A stretch of DNA of 64,000 bases from Nostoc sp. (GCA_036918135.1 JBALDB010000038.1:105455-169454); one strand, 5' to 3'; counted from the first letter of the stretch, positions 18,808-30,673 are shown. Numbers and translations are program-made. The notes: a model not told the origin generated them from the letters alone.

Positions 18808-21800
18808 TTAATTCGCTTGCAAGGGCGCATTCAAGATTTTCTCAATGCGATCGCGTGTTTCTAGTAAATGTGCTTTAGTGTATTCATCATCGGAATTCAC
18901 ATTTTTGAGTTTCTCATCTAATTGTTTGAGTTTATACCAGGCTAAAGTTCGAGCATCTTCTGGGACATTTTCTTTACGTAATACCATGCCACTTAAAATG
19001 TCCAGATATTCCCGCTGCAAGCCTCGCCGCAAACTAGCAATCTTCATTGGTTTAGCTTTTGGTTTTAGTACTTCCGTCCAAATACCAGATTGCAAAGTGT
19101 CAAATAATTCTGGTAAAGTCAATGCATTGTCTGCCTTGGTTTTGAGTTCGATATCTTTGAGACGAGAAAGGCGATCGGCTGAAAGTAAATCACGCAGTAC
19201 AGAACTCTGTAAAAGTAGCACCAAATCGTGAATCGGAAAATCCAAACGGCCAACTTGCGGATAACTACCCCAATGTCGCCAACGGGAAGGTGCTAATTTA
19301 TTCAACAGTTCTGGTGAGAAATTCAAGGCATCTTCTGCAAATAGATATTTTTGTAGTGTTTCTAAAGCCTGCCGTTGTTGTTCGACTGGTACTGGTTCAA
19401 ATGGTAATCGGTGTTGGCTAACTCCTGAGGGTATTTCGCTGGGGTGGATGCGATAGAAAGACTGTCCCCCAATGTATTTTGTGGTGTAATATATCTGCTG
19501 GAAATAGTTCCCCAATACTGTGCTAAAACGTTCGCTGACATCGCTGTAACTATCTCCGGCCATTGGGTAACGCTGATCGAGACGTTCCCACATTATACGG
19601 GAATTATTCAACTGCCATTGAGAATAAAGCAGCACATTGCCGCTGTTATCCCAAGCATTGGCTGTGGGATCGAGGTCATACACATCTTCGTCGGTGGAAT
19701 AACTCAACTCAGGTTTGTAAGATTGTGCGGCAATTTCTTCTAAAATTGGCTTTTCTGCTACAGGAGTCGATGTCTGAATTGGCATGTAGCCGTACTTAAT
19801 CGCCCATTCATCATAAGGCCCTACCATACTCGGAAAATAATCTCCCTGTTTTGTACCTTGAGGAGCAATATTTGGGGGAATGTAGTCCATTACGGAAGCT
19901 GTCAAACCTTTAGTTTTAGTAATTTCCGTATTATTCATCTCTTGTGGTGGTAATAAAGTACTACCACGGAAGTTATGCCGTAAACCAAGTGTATGCCCAA
20001 CTTCATGGGCGATGATTAAACGTAAATATTGATTGATATATTCTTTAACTTTGTCTTGACTGGGCATATTATCTGGCAGCAATGACATAGCCAGGGAACC
20101 AAAGGCAAACTGATTAGTAGCTTCCATCCCATAGCATAAATCGTATTCGCCTGCCATTTTAGATAAATTACCTAACAATCCTTGTTGTGCTTGCGTTTGC
20201 TGGGGTGCATTCTTGTCTTTAGCATTTAAACCATTGCTGCAAAGTAGCCGATTTTGCATCAATGTCGATAAAGTAGTAGTATTTTGTACTTGGCTGGGTT
20301 GGACGATTTTGCGATATTCATTCTTGAGTGCCCGGACAAAGCTAGCGTCTACGAGAATGTCTGCATCCAAAATTTCTCCTGTCAACGGATTAACGCGGGA
20401 TGGGCCCAGTGCAAAGTATCCATCTACTGTATTAATCCAGCGAATCGTGTTGTAACGAATATCTGCTGGATCCCAAGTGGCATCATCTGGCATTTGCCGG
20501 ACTTCAATGGCATCCTTGAATCCGGCTTGGAGAAAGGCTTTATTCCACATCAAGACGCCTTCTTTCATTGCATCGCGGTATTCTAAAGGCACAGCGTTAT
20601 CAATCCAAAAGACAATCGGTTTTTTGGGACGAGAAATTGCTGCTTTTGGGTCTTGTTTTTCCAAGTCCCAGCGGTTGATGTAGCGGACGAAAGAATCGCC
20701 CCGATCGTCTTTGGATAAATCTTGGTAGGCGGTGATAAAATAACCGACGCGATCGTCGGCAAAGCGGGGACGATAATTTTTATCAGGTAGTTGGGAGAAA
20801 CTGTAGTGGACGCGTAAGGTAAAGCTGCGGTTGTCGGGTAGCGAGGCGAAGTTTGGCCCGTCACTGTCACTAGAGAAATTTAAAATTGACTCAACTTCTA
20901 CATTCTGGGGAAAAGCTTTAGAAGTACCAAAATATGACTGGTCTGGGTCTTTTGGAACTCCTAAACTTGAAGATAATCCCGCCAAGTCTGTGAGTAACAA
21001 ATCGCTCAGGTCGATAAGAATGGTTTTGCGTTGCGGATGAATGCTTTTAATGGAAATATTGTAGAGAACAGAGTCACTAAAAGAACGGGCGAGCGATCGC
21101 GCTTGCGGATCTCCGTCACGAGTCCGGAAATTGACATTGCGGATCGTAAAGTGTAAATCATTATCCACTCGCTGGAAATAAAACAAAAAATCTTGCAGAG
21201 GCATACCGCTGTAAATACCTCGTTCGCCAATGCCTGATTCCAATGTTGCCGTAGCTAAGAAATTTTTATTCAGTTGTTCTGGTTTAATTTCTAAATAAAT
21301 TTTATTCTTTTGTTTATTGCGATAAAGAGTGAACAATCCTCCCTGCTTCACTGTGTCTTTCACTACTTCATCAAATGGCTCTAAATCATCCTTTGCTGCT
21401 GGCTTAGCACTAGAATTCGGCTTGGAATTCGGTTTTTGTGTCGGTTTAGCGACTTGCAAAAATGGTTGTTGTGCTGCTTTTTTTAAATCTTTTACTATCC
21501 AAATAAACGGTTGAGGCTGGGCGTCTTTATTGCGATCGACTACCCAAACTTGCCCTGCTGCTAGTCTCTGTTGAGGACGAATATTGATATTTTTTAGCGA
21601 TAAGGCTGAGGTTTTAGTTGAAGTTTCTTTAGTTAAGAAATTATTGGACTTGTCTTTACTTGTGGCTGTGACTAAGACTGTCTGATGGTTGCTAGACAAC
21701 TGTTGCTTTGCTCCATCAATAGACACTGACTTAGCGCTAGCCGTTGCTATTCCTAAAAACAAACCCTGTAACAAAATCATATAAAAACTTAATCTGTTCA

Positions 21801-21810
21801 TCGCATTCAT
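18808..21810 (-). CDS. Secreted zinc-dependent metalloprotease (metzincin, DUF5117/DUF4953-type)
   Basis: HEVGHTLGLRHNF zinc motif, SVMDY Met-turn, VNPLTGEILDADI; signal peptide. Confidence 0.92.
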   Translation of the reverse strand: MNAMNRLSFYMILLQGLFLGIATASAKSVSIDGAKQQLSSNHQTVLVTATSKDKSNNFLTKETSTKTSALSLKNINIRPQQRLAAGQVWVVDRNKDAQPQPFIWIVKDLKKAAQQPFLQVAKPTQKPNSKPNSSAKPAAKDDLEPFDEVVKDTVKQGGLFTLYRNKQKNKIYLEIKPEQLNKNFLATATLESGIGERGIYSGMPLQDFLFYFQRVDNDLHFTIRNVNFRTRDGDPQARSLARSFSDSVLYNISIKSIHPQRKTILIDLSDLLLTDLAGLSSSLGVPKDPDQSYFGTSKAFPQNVEVESILNFSSDSDGPNFASLPDNRSFTLRVHYSFSQLPDKNYRPRFADDRVGYFITAYQDLSKDDRGDSFVRYINRWDLEKQDPKAAISRPKKPIVFWIDNAVPLEYRDAMKEGVLMWNKAFLQAGFKDAIEVRQMPDDATWDPADIRYNTIRWINTVDGYFALGPSRVNPLTGEILDADILVDASFVRALKNEYRKIVQPSQVQNTTTLSTLMQNRLLCSNGLNAKDKNAPQQTQAQQGLLGNLSKMAGEYDLCYGMEATNQFAFGSLAMSLLPDNMPSQDKVKEYINQYLRLIIAHEVGHTLGLRHNFRGSTLLPPQEMNNTEITKTKGLTASVMDYIPPNIAPQGTKQGDYFPSMVGPYDEWAIKYGYMPIQTSTPVAEKPILEEIAAQSYKPELSYSTDEDVYDLDPTANAWDNSGNVLLYSQWQLNNSRIMWERLDQRYPMAGDSYSDVSERFSTVLGNYFQQIYYTTKYIGGQSFYRIHPSEIPSGVSQHRLPFEPVPVEQQRQALETLQKYLFAEDALNFSPELLNKLAPSRWRHWGSYPQVGRLDFPIHDLVLLLQSSVLRDLLSADRLSRLKDIELKTKADNALTLPELFDTLQSGIWTEVLKPKAKPMKIASLRRGLQREYLDILSGMVLRKENVPEDARTLAWYKLKQLDEKLKNVNSDDEYTKAHLLETRDRIEKILNAPLQAN

Positions 21811-22299
21811 CCCTAATAACTATCCCTGGTAATTTTTAACTTTTGCAAAGCCATGCACTCCCTCCCCAGCCGATTCATTACCTGCTTTATCTCAAGCAGT
21901 AAACTTTGACTACAATTTTAATTGCCATTTTTCCGTTTTCTTGAACTGTTTTATACTCGGATTTTTCCTAACAATTGCGTCTCTGACAAAGAGTAAGTAT
22001 TATTTTTACATCAGACTAGTAAATATCTTGGAAAAAAATATAATAAATTTCCCAAAACCTCAAAATTATGTCATTTTGTAAATTATTTTTAAGTTGAGAC
22101 TTTATTTACATCACTAGAATTACCTGAAAGTTAAAACCGCCTTCTAGCAAAGCCTTTGACAAACGTTATTGCCAATCTTCTAGTGTATATAGTATTAATT
22201 AATACGAATAATATATTCATAAAAAGCAAACTAGCAGAGAAAAAATTTTAGTTGCGGATTATCAAAACAATTACTTTAAATGTATCAACGGACACAGAA

Positions 22300-24069
22300 A
22301 TGTCAACATATTTATCTCAAGTTTGGAAACTGCTGACAAATTGTGTGAGAGGTACAAGGTTAGAAGAGATGCCAAAAATTACATCTGTGGAAACTGAAGC
22401 AACTTTGCCTCTAGCAAAAAGTATTAAAGAGCCAGACGAAAGCGTTAAATTTATTCAAGATAATTTGCCGGAATATTTATTGTCTGAAAAACTACAAAAA
22501 AGCTTAGAAAAATGGACAATAGCAGGGAGTGGTAGGACTTCTAAGATAGACGAAAAAACACTGGATAGGCAACCTACTGGTTTTGGCTTTAGAGTGTGCG
22601 ATCGCCAGATGCATGAAGAGATTTACGATTTATTGGGTAACAGTGCGCTCAAACCCGAAATAGTCAACGAACTGATGGTATTTCTGATAACAGGTCAAAA
22701 AATTTGCCTAGAACTACTTTTCTTGCGGCTAGAAAATTTTTTTTGTCGCTGGTGTCAGGGAGAATTTATCGATGCCACACCAGAGGATAACCTGCCTCAG
22801 AAAAAAATGTTACAGTTGGCAGAAAAAAATATTGCGATCGGGCTGAGACAAATAGATATATATACAGGGCTAAACGTACTGATTTTACTATTAGAGTTAC
22901 ACCGCTATGCTCAAGGGCAAGAGCGACTTAAACAAAAAATCACTTTCTATCCATCTGCCAAACCAAACATAGACAATTTTTTCACATCCCAACTGCTGCG
23001 GATCGTTAACTATAGTGATGCCTTAGAAATTGGCAACTTTAGCAGTATAATCGGCCAATTTCTCAAAGGCGGCAATTTTACTGGTGCTTACCTCGGTGAT
23101 GCTAACCTGACTGGGGTAGACTTTAGTGGTGCTAACCTCAGCCGTGCTTACCTCGGTGATGCCAACCTAACTGGCGTCAATTTTAGCCATGCCAATCTTA
23201 GCGGCGCTAACCTCGGTGATGCCAACCTCAGTGGTACCAACCTCAGTGGTGCCAACCTCAGTGGTGCCGACCTCAGCAGCGCTAACCTCAGCGGTGCCAA
23301 CCTCAGCGGTGCTAACCTCAACCGCGCCGACCTCAGTCGCGCTGACCTAAGCTGTGCCGATCTCAGTCGTGCCAACCTCACCCGCGCCGATCTCAACCGC
23401 GCCGACCTCAGTAGCACCAACCTTAACTCTGCTGACCTAAGTAACGCCATCCTTTTCGGTGCCAATTTGAGTGACGCCAACCTCACCAGCAGTAACCTCA
23501 GCCATGCTGACCTTTGCCGTGGTGACCTCAGCGGTGCTGACTTGAGTCACGCCATCCTCAACGGTACGAACCTGAGTGACACAATTCTTTTTAGTACCAA
23601 CCTCAACAGCGCCATCCTCGTTGCCGCCGACCTCAGTTACGCCAAACTCAATGGCGCCAAGCTCAACAATGCTAGACTTAACGGTGCTATGTTCTTAGGC
23701 GCTGACCTCAGCGGCGTAGATTTGAGTTGGGTAATTCTCAACGAAGCCGACCTCAGTGGCGTGATTCTCAACGACGCCGACCTCAGTGGTGCAGATCTCA
23801 CCGACGCCATACTTTTCGGCACAGACCTCAGCTATGCTAACCTGAATAGCGCTAACCTCAGTGGCAGTAACCTCACAGGTGCGATCCTCAATGGTGCGAA
23901 TCTCAGCCACAGTAATCTTAGCAGCGCCATTCTCGGAGGTGCTGACCTCAGCGACGCCAATATGGAACAAATGACTTGGGGTCAAAAGCAGCAGTGGGAA
24001 AGTGTACGGGGACTAGAGACAGCAATTAATGTACCAGAGGCGTTGAAGGAAGAATTGGGGCTGAAGTAA
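22300..24069 (+). CDS. Pentapeptide-repeat protein
   Basis: Roughly 300 aa of A(D/N)LS(G/R/S) repeats after an N-terminal helical domain. Confidence 0.92.
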   Translation: MSTYLSQVWKLLTNCVRGTRLEEMPKITSVETEATLPLAKSIKEPDESVKFIQDNLPEYLLSEKLQKSLEKWTIAGSGRTSKIDEKTLDRQPTGFGFRVCDRQMHEEIYDLLGNSALKPEIVNELMVFLITGQKICLELLFLRLENFFCRWCQGEFIDATPEDNLPQKKMLQLAEKNIAIGLRQIDIYTGLNVLILLLELHRYAQGQERLKQKITFYPSAKPNIDNFFTSQLLRIVNYSDALEIGNFSSIIGQFLKGGNFTGAYLGDANLTGVDFSGANLSRAYLGDANLTGVNFSHANLSGANLGDANLSGTNLSGANLSGADLSSANLSGANLSGANLNRADLSRADLSCADLSRANLTRADLNRADLSSTNLNSADLSNAILFGANLSDANLTSSNLSHADLCRGDLSGADLSHAILNGTNLSDTILFSTNLNSAILVAADLSYAKLNGAKLNNARLNGAMFLGADLSGVDLSWVILNEADLSGVILNDADLSGADLTDAILFGTDLSYANLNSANLSGSNLTGAILNGANLSHSNLSSAILGGADLSDANMEQMTWGQKQQWESVRGLETAINVPEALKEELGLK

Positions 24070-24096
24070 GATCGAAGGAAAGGTAAAATCCAGCCT

Positions 24097-24160
24097 TTGA
24101 ACTGCATCATTCGAGTTCCGAACTGCATGGTTCTAGTTTTGAACTGCATCGTTCTAGTTT
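24097..24160. repeat. 21-nt tandem repeat x3 (gaactgcatcgttctagtttt-like)
   Basis: Three adjacent imperfect units with no spacers. Confidence 0.8.
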
Positions 24161-24499
24161 GGAAGTCCGTTTGTGAATATCTGAGCTTGAAGGATGAACT
24201 TAGAAACAGCAAACGTCTAATTAATAGGATAATGCGATCGCCTTTTCTCTTCCTCAGTGTCCTCTACGTCTCGGCTGTTCGTGATTCTTAATACACTCCA
24301 TCAACTCTAAACTTTAGACTAGACTCTAAATACCAGTAATTATACGAATCTAAGCGAATGAAAAAGTGCTTATCACGAATCTAATACATACCTCAAAGCC
24401 AGTTCTAAACTTGCTAACTGCAAAGCAGAGGGTTATATCCCGCTTGCTAGAGTGTGAGTCGTTCACGTAAAATATAGTGCCATTATTGCGGCAGTTCTC

Positions 24500-25570
24500 A
24501 TGACTTCATCTGCGTCGTTCGACACGTTAGAGTCTTTACAGGCGGATATCGCTGAATTGATCGCTCGTCTACCGACTTTAAAAAATCGACAACTTATTCA
24601 GCAAGCACTTGCTACTATTGTTCGCCTTGCTGATACGGAAATTGAGCGTCTCGATTGGAAAATATTATCAGCTGCGCTAGCAGATATGGAGCGCGGTTTC
24701 CAACTTTTTTATGATTACCGACACGTTCGCAAAGTCACGATTTTTGGTTCTGCTCGCCTTGCACCAGATACACTAGAATACCAAATGGCGCTGGAGTTTG
24801 CTCGCGCCGTTACTAAATTGGGATTTATGGTAATGACCGGCGGTGGCGGTGGAATCATGCAGGCGGGTCACGAAGGTGCTGGGCGAGAAAATTCCTTTGG
24901 CTTAAATATTCAGTTACCCTTTGAACAGCAAGCAAACCCGTTTATAGAAGGCGATCCCAAGCTAATTAATTTCAAATATTTCTTTACCCGCAAGCTGTTT
25001 CTCCTCAAAGAAAGCGATGCTATAGCTTTGTTTCCTGGCGGCTTTGGTACTCAAGATGAAGCTTTTGAATGTATGACGTTAAGCCAAAATGGTAAATTTG
25101 GCCCGATACCTTTAGTTTTAATTGACCACCCTGGTGGTGATTACTGGCGCTCTTGGAGCGAATATATTGATAAGCAATTAGTCCACAAAGGTCTTGTCAG
25201 TCCTGATGACCCCAGTCTTTACACAGTAACAGACAACTTGGATGTGGCTTGTGAGGCTATTACTCGTTTTTACGAGGTTTATCATTCTAGCCGCTATGTC
25301 GCAAATCGCTTAATCATCCGTCTCAAAACAGATTTATCAGACGCTCAGGTAGAGCAACTCAATGCCGATTTCAATGACATTATTATTCAAGGAAGGATTG
25401 AAAAAAGTCAAGCGTTACCCCAAGAAGCCCAAGATGAAACTATTGGACTACCCCGCCTGATTTTGTACTTTAATCAACGTGATTTGGGGCGCTTGTATCA
25501 GATGATTGCTAGAATTAACCAGGTGGGTACTCCTTCACCAGAGGATGCAGCGCATCCAGAAAGAAAGTAG
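24500..25570 (+). CDS. LOG family protein (nucleotide phosphoribohydrolase fold)
   Basis: VTIFGSAR, TGGGGGIM, FKYFFTRK, PGGFGTQDE. Confidence 0.92.
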   Translation: MTSSASFDTLESLQADIAELIARLPTLKNRQLIQQALATIVRLADTEIERLDWKILSAALADMERGFQLFYDYRHVRKVTIFGSARLAPDTLEYQMALEFARAVTKLGFMVMTGGGGGIMQAGHEGAGRENSFGLNIQLPFEQQANPFIEGDPKLINFKYFFTRKLFLLKESDAIALFPGGFGTQDEAFECMTLSQNGKFGPIPLVLIDHPGGDYWRSWSEYIDKQLVHKGLVSPDDPSLYTVTDNLDVACEAITRFYEVYHSSRYVANRLIIRLKTDLSDAQVEQLNADFNDIIIQGRIEKSQALPQEAQDETIGLPRLILYFNQRDLGRLYQMIARINQVGTPSPEDAAHPERK

Positions 25571-26347
25571 GCTTTTAGAGTGGAAAAATTCACCTGGATC
25601 TCAATATTTTTGACAGTCTTCATAGACTGCTGTTGCTAGTTTAATGTGATACCATTCGCGAAAATCTTTGCAACAAATGAATTGGCTGTATGGGTGTACG
25701 ACTATACGCCCATACCCATATATCTGTCACATTAATCAAAAGAAAAACAGATTTTTAGTTGGGGGAAATATATTAATGAAGCACTGTGCAGAATGTAGCT
25801 AATAGAAGAAGACAAATAAATTAATTAGCGGCTTGACTTTATCAAAATTTTTATAATTTCTGTTGGATAATTCAATTGATACATAAGCGCAAATAACCCA
25901 ATTTGACTGACTCGATCGCCCCAAAAGCAAAACTATCCTCATCGACATCCAGACTTTTGCACATCCCCTGAAAAGTCAGATTGCAGCGTAGGCGATCGCC
26001 ACAAGTTTCTAACCATGACTACGGCTTTTTAATTTGTATTTCTTTTTATCGTTAATGGCGATCGCACTTGGAAAAGTAGTGTATATAAATTATTGTCAAA
26101 CTAAAAAAATGATTCAATATGGCAAGAAAATTTACCTTGCCTCCTTTATACTGGCTTTCAACAGAGGTGGCTGTTAGAAGTCCGTATTTTTTTGGTAAAA
26201 GGTTTAACGAAAATCAGGTAATTTAACCTACTTTCAGATGAGAAAAACACCAGTTATTATGGCTGAGTGCTGATCGGCATAAAAAAACCTGTATATTAGC
26301 ACAGGAAATAATATAGAACATCCTAAACAAACATAGAGGAATAAAAT

Positions 26348-27670
26348 ATGCTGGAAATACTAGGTTCAGGTTTGGTGTCGCTTTGGCTGGAAATGGCTGG
26401 GGTAAACATCAAGCCTCTAGATGCTTTAGATGCATTGGCTTGGCAAAGTAGACCTGGCTTGGTTCTAGCCCCCGATCCCAATCCCACTGGGGCGACTACG
26501 GTACAAGCATATCTCAAGCAGTTAATAACATCAAAAGTAGTAGGGGCAAATCTGGCTGAAAGTCAGGGAATATGGATGCAGTCAGGGCCGATGCTGATGG
26601 CAAATCATCAAGGTACAACAGCTCTACCGGCTGCCTCTTTAACTAAAATTGCTACTTCATTAGTTGCTTTGAAAACTTGGGGCCCAGACCATCAATTTGA
26701 TACTTTGGTGAGCATCACTGGCCCAGTGGTAAATGGGGTTGTGCAAGGTGATTTAGTGATTACTGGTGGCGGCGATCCGATGTTTGTTTGGGAAGAAGCG
26801 ATCGCCCTTGGTAATACTTTAAATCAGATGGGCATCAAGCAAGTAAAGGGAAATTTGGTGATTACTGGGAATTTTGCGATGAATTTCCAACGTCAGCCGA
26901 TGCTAGCGGGTCTAATACTCAAGCAAACATTAAATTCTGCGACTTGGGGTCGTCCTGCTGTTTACATATACTCAATCATGCCCAAGGGAACACCCAAGCC
27001 GAAAGTTGTGATTGCGGGTGCTGTCAAATTTGAGGCACAACCAAATCCGCGACAAACTTTATTAGTGCGTCATCGTTCGTTACCTCTGAAGCAACTGCTC
27101 AAGGAAATGAACGTTTACAGTAACAATGATATGGCAGAGATGCTAGCACAGTCAGTGGGAGGAGCCAGTGTAGTACAATCTACTGCTGCTTATCTTGCTA
27201 AAGTGCCGCAATCAGAAATTCAGTTAATCAATGGTTCTGGATTAGGGCCAGAAAATCGCATTTCCCCCAGAGCTGTTTGTTCTATGCTCATGGCTATTCA
27301 AGGGGAAGCAAACGCCTATCAACTGAATCTAGCTGACTTGTTCCCCATGTCTGGCTTCGATCGCCGAGGAACACTCCACGCCAGACACATCCCCTCTGCT
27401 ACTGTCATCAAAACAGGCACTCTCCGCGATGTTAGCGCTTTAGCCGGAGTCATGCCTACACGCGATCGCGGTTTGGTTTGGTTTGCGATTATCAACCGTG
27501 GTACAAATGTCTGGGGTTTACGTACTGGACAAGACCAACTTTTGCAACGTGTTGTCCAACAATTACAAGTACCTCAAACCGTCCCTTTTGCCATCACTCC
27601 CCACTCAGCTATCAACACTCTACCCCAGCTAGGCGCAGCGATTCGCAATGAAATTTTATTCAAAAGTTAG
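26348..27670 (+). CDS. dacB: D-alanyl-D-alanine carboxypeptidase/endopeptidase (peptidase S13)
   Basis: PAASLTK (SxxK), SNN (SxN), NGSGL, KTGTL. Confidence 0.88.
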   Translation: MLEILGSGLVSLWLEMAGVNIKPLDALDALAWQSRPGLVLAPDPNPTGATTVQAYLKQLITSKVVGANLAESQGIWMQSGPMLMANHQGTTALPAASLTKIATSLVALKTWGPDHQFDTLVSITGPVVNGVVQGDLVITGGGDPMFVWEEAIALGNTLNQMGIKQVKGNLVITGNFAMNFQRQPMLAGLILKQTLNSATWGRPAVYIYSIMPKGTPKPKVVIAGAVKFEAQPNPRQTLLVRHRSLPLKQLLKEMNVYSNNDMAEMLAQSVGGASVVQSTAAYLAKVPQSEIQLINGSGLGPENRISPRAVCSMLMAIQGEANAYQLNLADLFPMSGFDRRGTLHARHIPSATVIKTGTLRDVSALAGVMPTRDRGLVWFAIINRGTNVWGLRTGQDQLLQRVVQQLQVPQTVPFAITPHSAINTLPQLGAAIRNEILFKS

Positions 27671-27946
27671 TTTATTGGTAATTAACAGCAGATTCCTAAA
27701 TTCTGATTCCTAAACTATCCTGTCTGGGTAAAAACCGAACCTGTAAAGTGTAAATCTCCATAATAGCTTTTGAGGTAAATTTTCCATTAAGTTGATTAAA
27801 GGTAACTTGCAAAATACCCTAACCCTAATAGTGGCTAGAGTGAGCAAAACCAAAAGCAAAAAGCCAACGTCAAATTTGTAAAAATAATTGTAAATAGATC
27901 TGTCACGACTAAGTAACAATTAAGCTTCTAGATTTAGGTTGTGATT

Positions 27947-29161
27947 ATGCGATTTCCCAAATTACCCAGACCTGTGCGGCAACTAACCACTCATGTATTA
28001 GCGATCGCGCTAGGAGTTATACTCACAATTAGTACATTGCAGGTGTTGCCGTCCCAAGCCGAACCTGCACCGATTGCACCTGCTGTGGATACTCCAGAAA
28101 TCATTGCCCAACGACAATCACCTACAACTTCTACCATTGGTAGCAGTAGCTTTGTCACAGCAGCAGTCAACCGTGTGGGTACAGCAGTTGTCCGAATTGA
28201 TACTGAACGGACAATTACTCGGCGCATGGATCCATTTTTACAAGACCCCTTTTTCCGTCGCTTTTTTGGTGACGGTTTGCCCCAACAAATGCCTTCCGAA
28301 CAGCTGCGCGGTTTAGGCTCAGGTTTTATTCTTGACAAGAGCGGATTAGTTTTGACTAATGCCCATGTGGTAGATAAAGCTGATAAGGTAACAGTCCGGC
28401 TCAAGGATGGCCGCAGCTTTGAAGGCAAAGTTCAAGGTATAGATGAAGTTACAGATTTGGCAGTAGTCAAGATTAACGCTGGTAACGATTTACCAGTGGC
28501 GCCCTTGGGTTCTTCGAGTAATGTACAAGTAGGAGACTGGGCGATCGCAGTTGGTAATCCTTTGGGATTTGATAACACTGTTACTTTGGGAATTGTCAGT
28601 ACCCTCAAACGTTCCAGCGCCCAAGTCGGTATTACTGATAAACGCTTAGACTTCATTCAAACAGACGCCGCCATTAACCCCGGTAACTCTGGCGGGCCAC
28701 TGTTAAATGGACGAGGTGAAGTGATTGGTATTAACACAGCTATTCGCCCTGATGCAATGGGTATTGGCTTTGCCATTCCTATCGATAAAGCCAAAGCGAT
28801 CGCATCTGTGCTACAACGTCAAGGCAAAGTTCCTCACCCATATTTAGGGGTGCAAATGGTAACTTTAACACCCGATCTTGCCAAGCAAAATAACACCGAT
28901 CCTAACTCTCCGATTCAGATACCAGAAATTAATGGTGTTTTTGTGATGCAAGTTATTCCCAATTCTCCAGCTGCATCTGCGGGTATCCGGCGCGGAGATG
29001 TAATCGTTCAAGTCGATGGTAAAGCAATTACTAGTGCTGAACAATTGCAGAATCTTGTGGAAGACAGTCGCCTGGGTCAAGTATTACAGGTAAAAGTGCA
29101 ACGAGGTAATCAAACACAGCAGCTTTCAATACGCACAGCTGAATTGCAAAACGCTTCCTAA
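27947..29161 (+). CDS. HtrA/HhoA/HhoB family serine protease with PDZ domain
   Basis: GLGSGFI, TNAHVV, DLAVVKI, QTDAAINPGNSGGPL, C-terminal PDZ. Confidence 0.96.
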   Translation: MRFPKLPRPVRQLTTHVLAIALGVILTISTLQVLPSQAEPAPIAPAVDTPEIIAQRQSPTTSTIGSSSFVTAAVNRVGTAVVRIDTERTITRRMDPFLQDPFFRRFFGDGLPQQMPSEQLRGLGSGFILDKSGLVLTNAHVVDKADKVTVRLKDGRSFEGKVQGIDEVTDLAVVKINAGNDLPVAPLGSSSNVQVGDWAIAVGNPLGFDNTVTLGIVSTLKRSSAQVGITDKRLDFIQTDAAINPGNSGGPLLNGRGEVIGINTAIRPDAMGIGFAIPIDKAKAIASVLQRQGKVPHPYLGVQMVTLTPDLAKQNNTDPNSPIQIPEINGVFVMQVIPNSPAASAGIRRGDVIVQVDGKAITSAEQLQNLVEDSRLGQVLQVKVQRGNQTQQLSIRTAELQNAS

Positions 29162-29584
29162 AAGGAATATAGCCGATTTTAATTATAGTAGGGTAGCACA
29201 GCTCGTGCTACCCTACTATGCGTTGTCTGAAATTTAAGTTAATAAAATATTTCTTTGTTTTTTAAAGTCTATAGCGATCGCAAATATTTTTTGAGCTAAT
29301 ACTATTTTTTTGTGAGGCAGCGCCAAATTTTTTGACTTCTTATTTGTTTGTTTTTTTGCAACGACAATCGCTTATGGAGAGAAGTCAGAGCCGAGGAAAC
29401 CTCCGCTCTGAATTTACGAGGGAAACCCCTATCTTTGCGCTGCCTTTATTTTGTGGTTTGTTTCTATATGGCGCAACTTCATACACAAAAGGTATACCTA
29501 CTCCATAACATTGTCCGTATTTCGATTAACATCTACTTAATATCAATCAGATGAACGTCTAATATAATTAGAATTTTAAATAAA

Positions 29585-30565
29585 ATGACTCGGCAGTCAC
29601 ACAATCTTCGTCCTTATTGCCAAACATTTGATGCTTGGGTAGCATCCGGCTATCAAGATCAGTCACGTTTATTACGGGGGCAAGCATTGCAAGAGGTTTT
29701 AGACTGGGCACAGGGCAAAAGCTTAAGCAATTTGGACTATCAGTTTTTGCTAGCCAGCCAAGAACTAGAGCATCGCCAACTTCAGCAAAAACTAGAAGCC
29801 GCTAATGATGAATTGCAACGATTATTTACTATAGCTACTATCGATTGTTTAACTCAAGTAGCTAACCGCCGACGATTTGATGAGTATCTTGATACTGAGT
29901 GGCGGCGCATGGCACGCTCACAACAGTTCCTCTCCCTTATCCTTATTGATGTAGATTTCTTCAAATCCTACAACGACACCTATGGTCATCCAATGGGCGA
30001 TCGCACTCTTGCAAAAATTGCTACAGCCATCAAAGATGTTGTTCAACGTCCTACTGATTTAGTTGCCCGTTATGGTGGGGAAGAATTTGCTGTAATTTTG
30101 TCTAACACAGATACACTTGGTGCAATTCACATTGCCCAAAAAATTTGCTTTGCTGTGTGGAAACTGGCAATTCCTCATCAAAATTCACAAGTTAGTTGTT
30201 ATGTAACCGTGAGTGCTGGGTTAGCGACTGTAATTCCTATGTTTAACTCTAGCTTTCAAGAAATAATTGTGGCGGCGGATAAAGCATTGTATCAAGCAAA
30301 AAAAGCAGGACGTGCTTGCTTTATATACAGTCAAGAGCAAACTGAAAATTTAGAAGTAAAGGAGATTGCTTCTCTAGCAAAGCTGTACATCTGCGAGCGC
30401 TCGTTGTTTAGAGAGGAATTATCGCTATCTAAACAGAAATTACAGCAGACTAAGAACAAAAGCCAACAGCTGATCGCCCAAGTCCGACAGCTGATGCAGA
30501 TAAACCGACAAATTAGACACCAAAGCCAGCAGATTAGGGAGAAAACCCCACAGATGATAGGGTAA
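29585..30565 (+). CDS. Diguanylate cyclase (GGDEF domain)
   Basis: DCLTQVANRR, DVDFFKSYNDTYGH, RPTD I-site, RYGGEEF, ADKALYQAK. Confidence 0.92.
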   Translation: MTRQSHNLRPYCQTFDAWVASGYQDQSRLLRGQALQEVLDWAQGKSLSNLDYQFLLASQELEHRQLQQKLEAANDELQRLFTIATIDCLTQVANRRRFDEYLDTEWRRMARSQQFLSLILIDVDFFKSYNDTYGHPMGDRTLAKIATAIKDVVQRPTDLVARYGGEEFAVILSNTDTLGAIHIAQKICFAVWKLAIPHQNSQVSCYVTVSAGLATVIPMFNSSFQEIIVAADKALYQAKKAGRACFIYSQEQTENLEVKEIASLAKLYICERSLFREELSLSKQKLQQTKNKSQQLIAQVRQLMQINRQIRHQSQQIREKTPQMIG

Positions 30566-30673
30566 CAAGCAGACTAGAAAGCAAACTCAATGAAAGTCAT
30601 AGCACGTAGACTTTTGTGATATCTCCTATACTGACTGCAAGCAGTACAGTGTGTAAACTTCTCACTGACTCCT

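Noticed and set aside
24097..24160. Possible CRISPR array
   Set aside because: The 21-nt units are directly adjacent with no unique spacers, and there are no cas genes.
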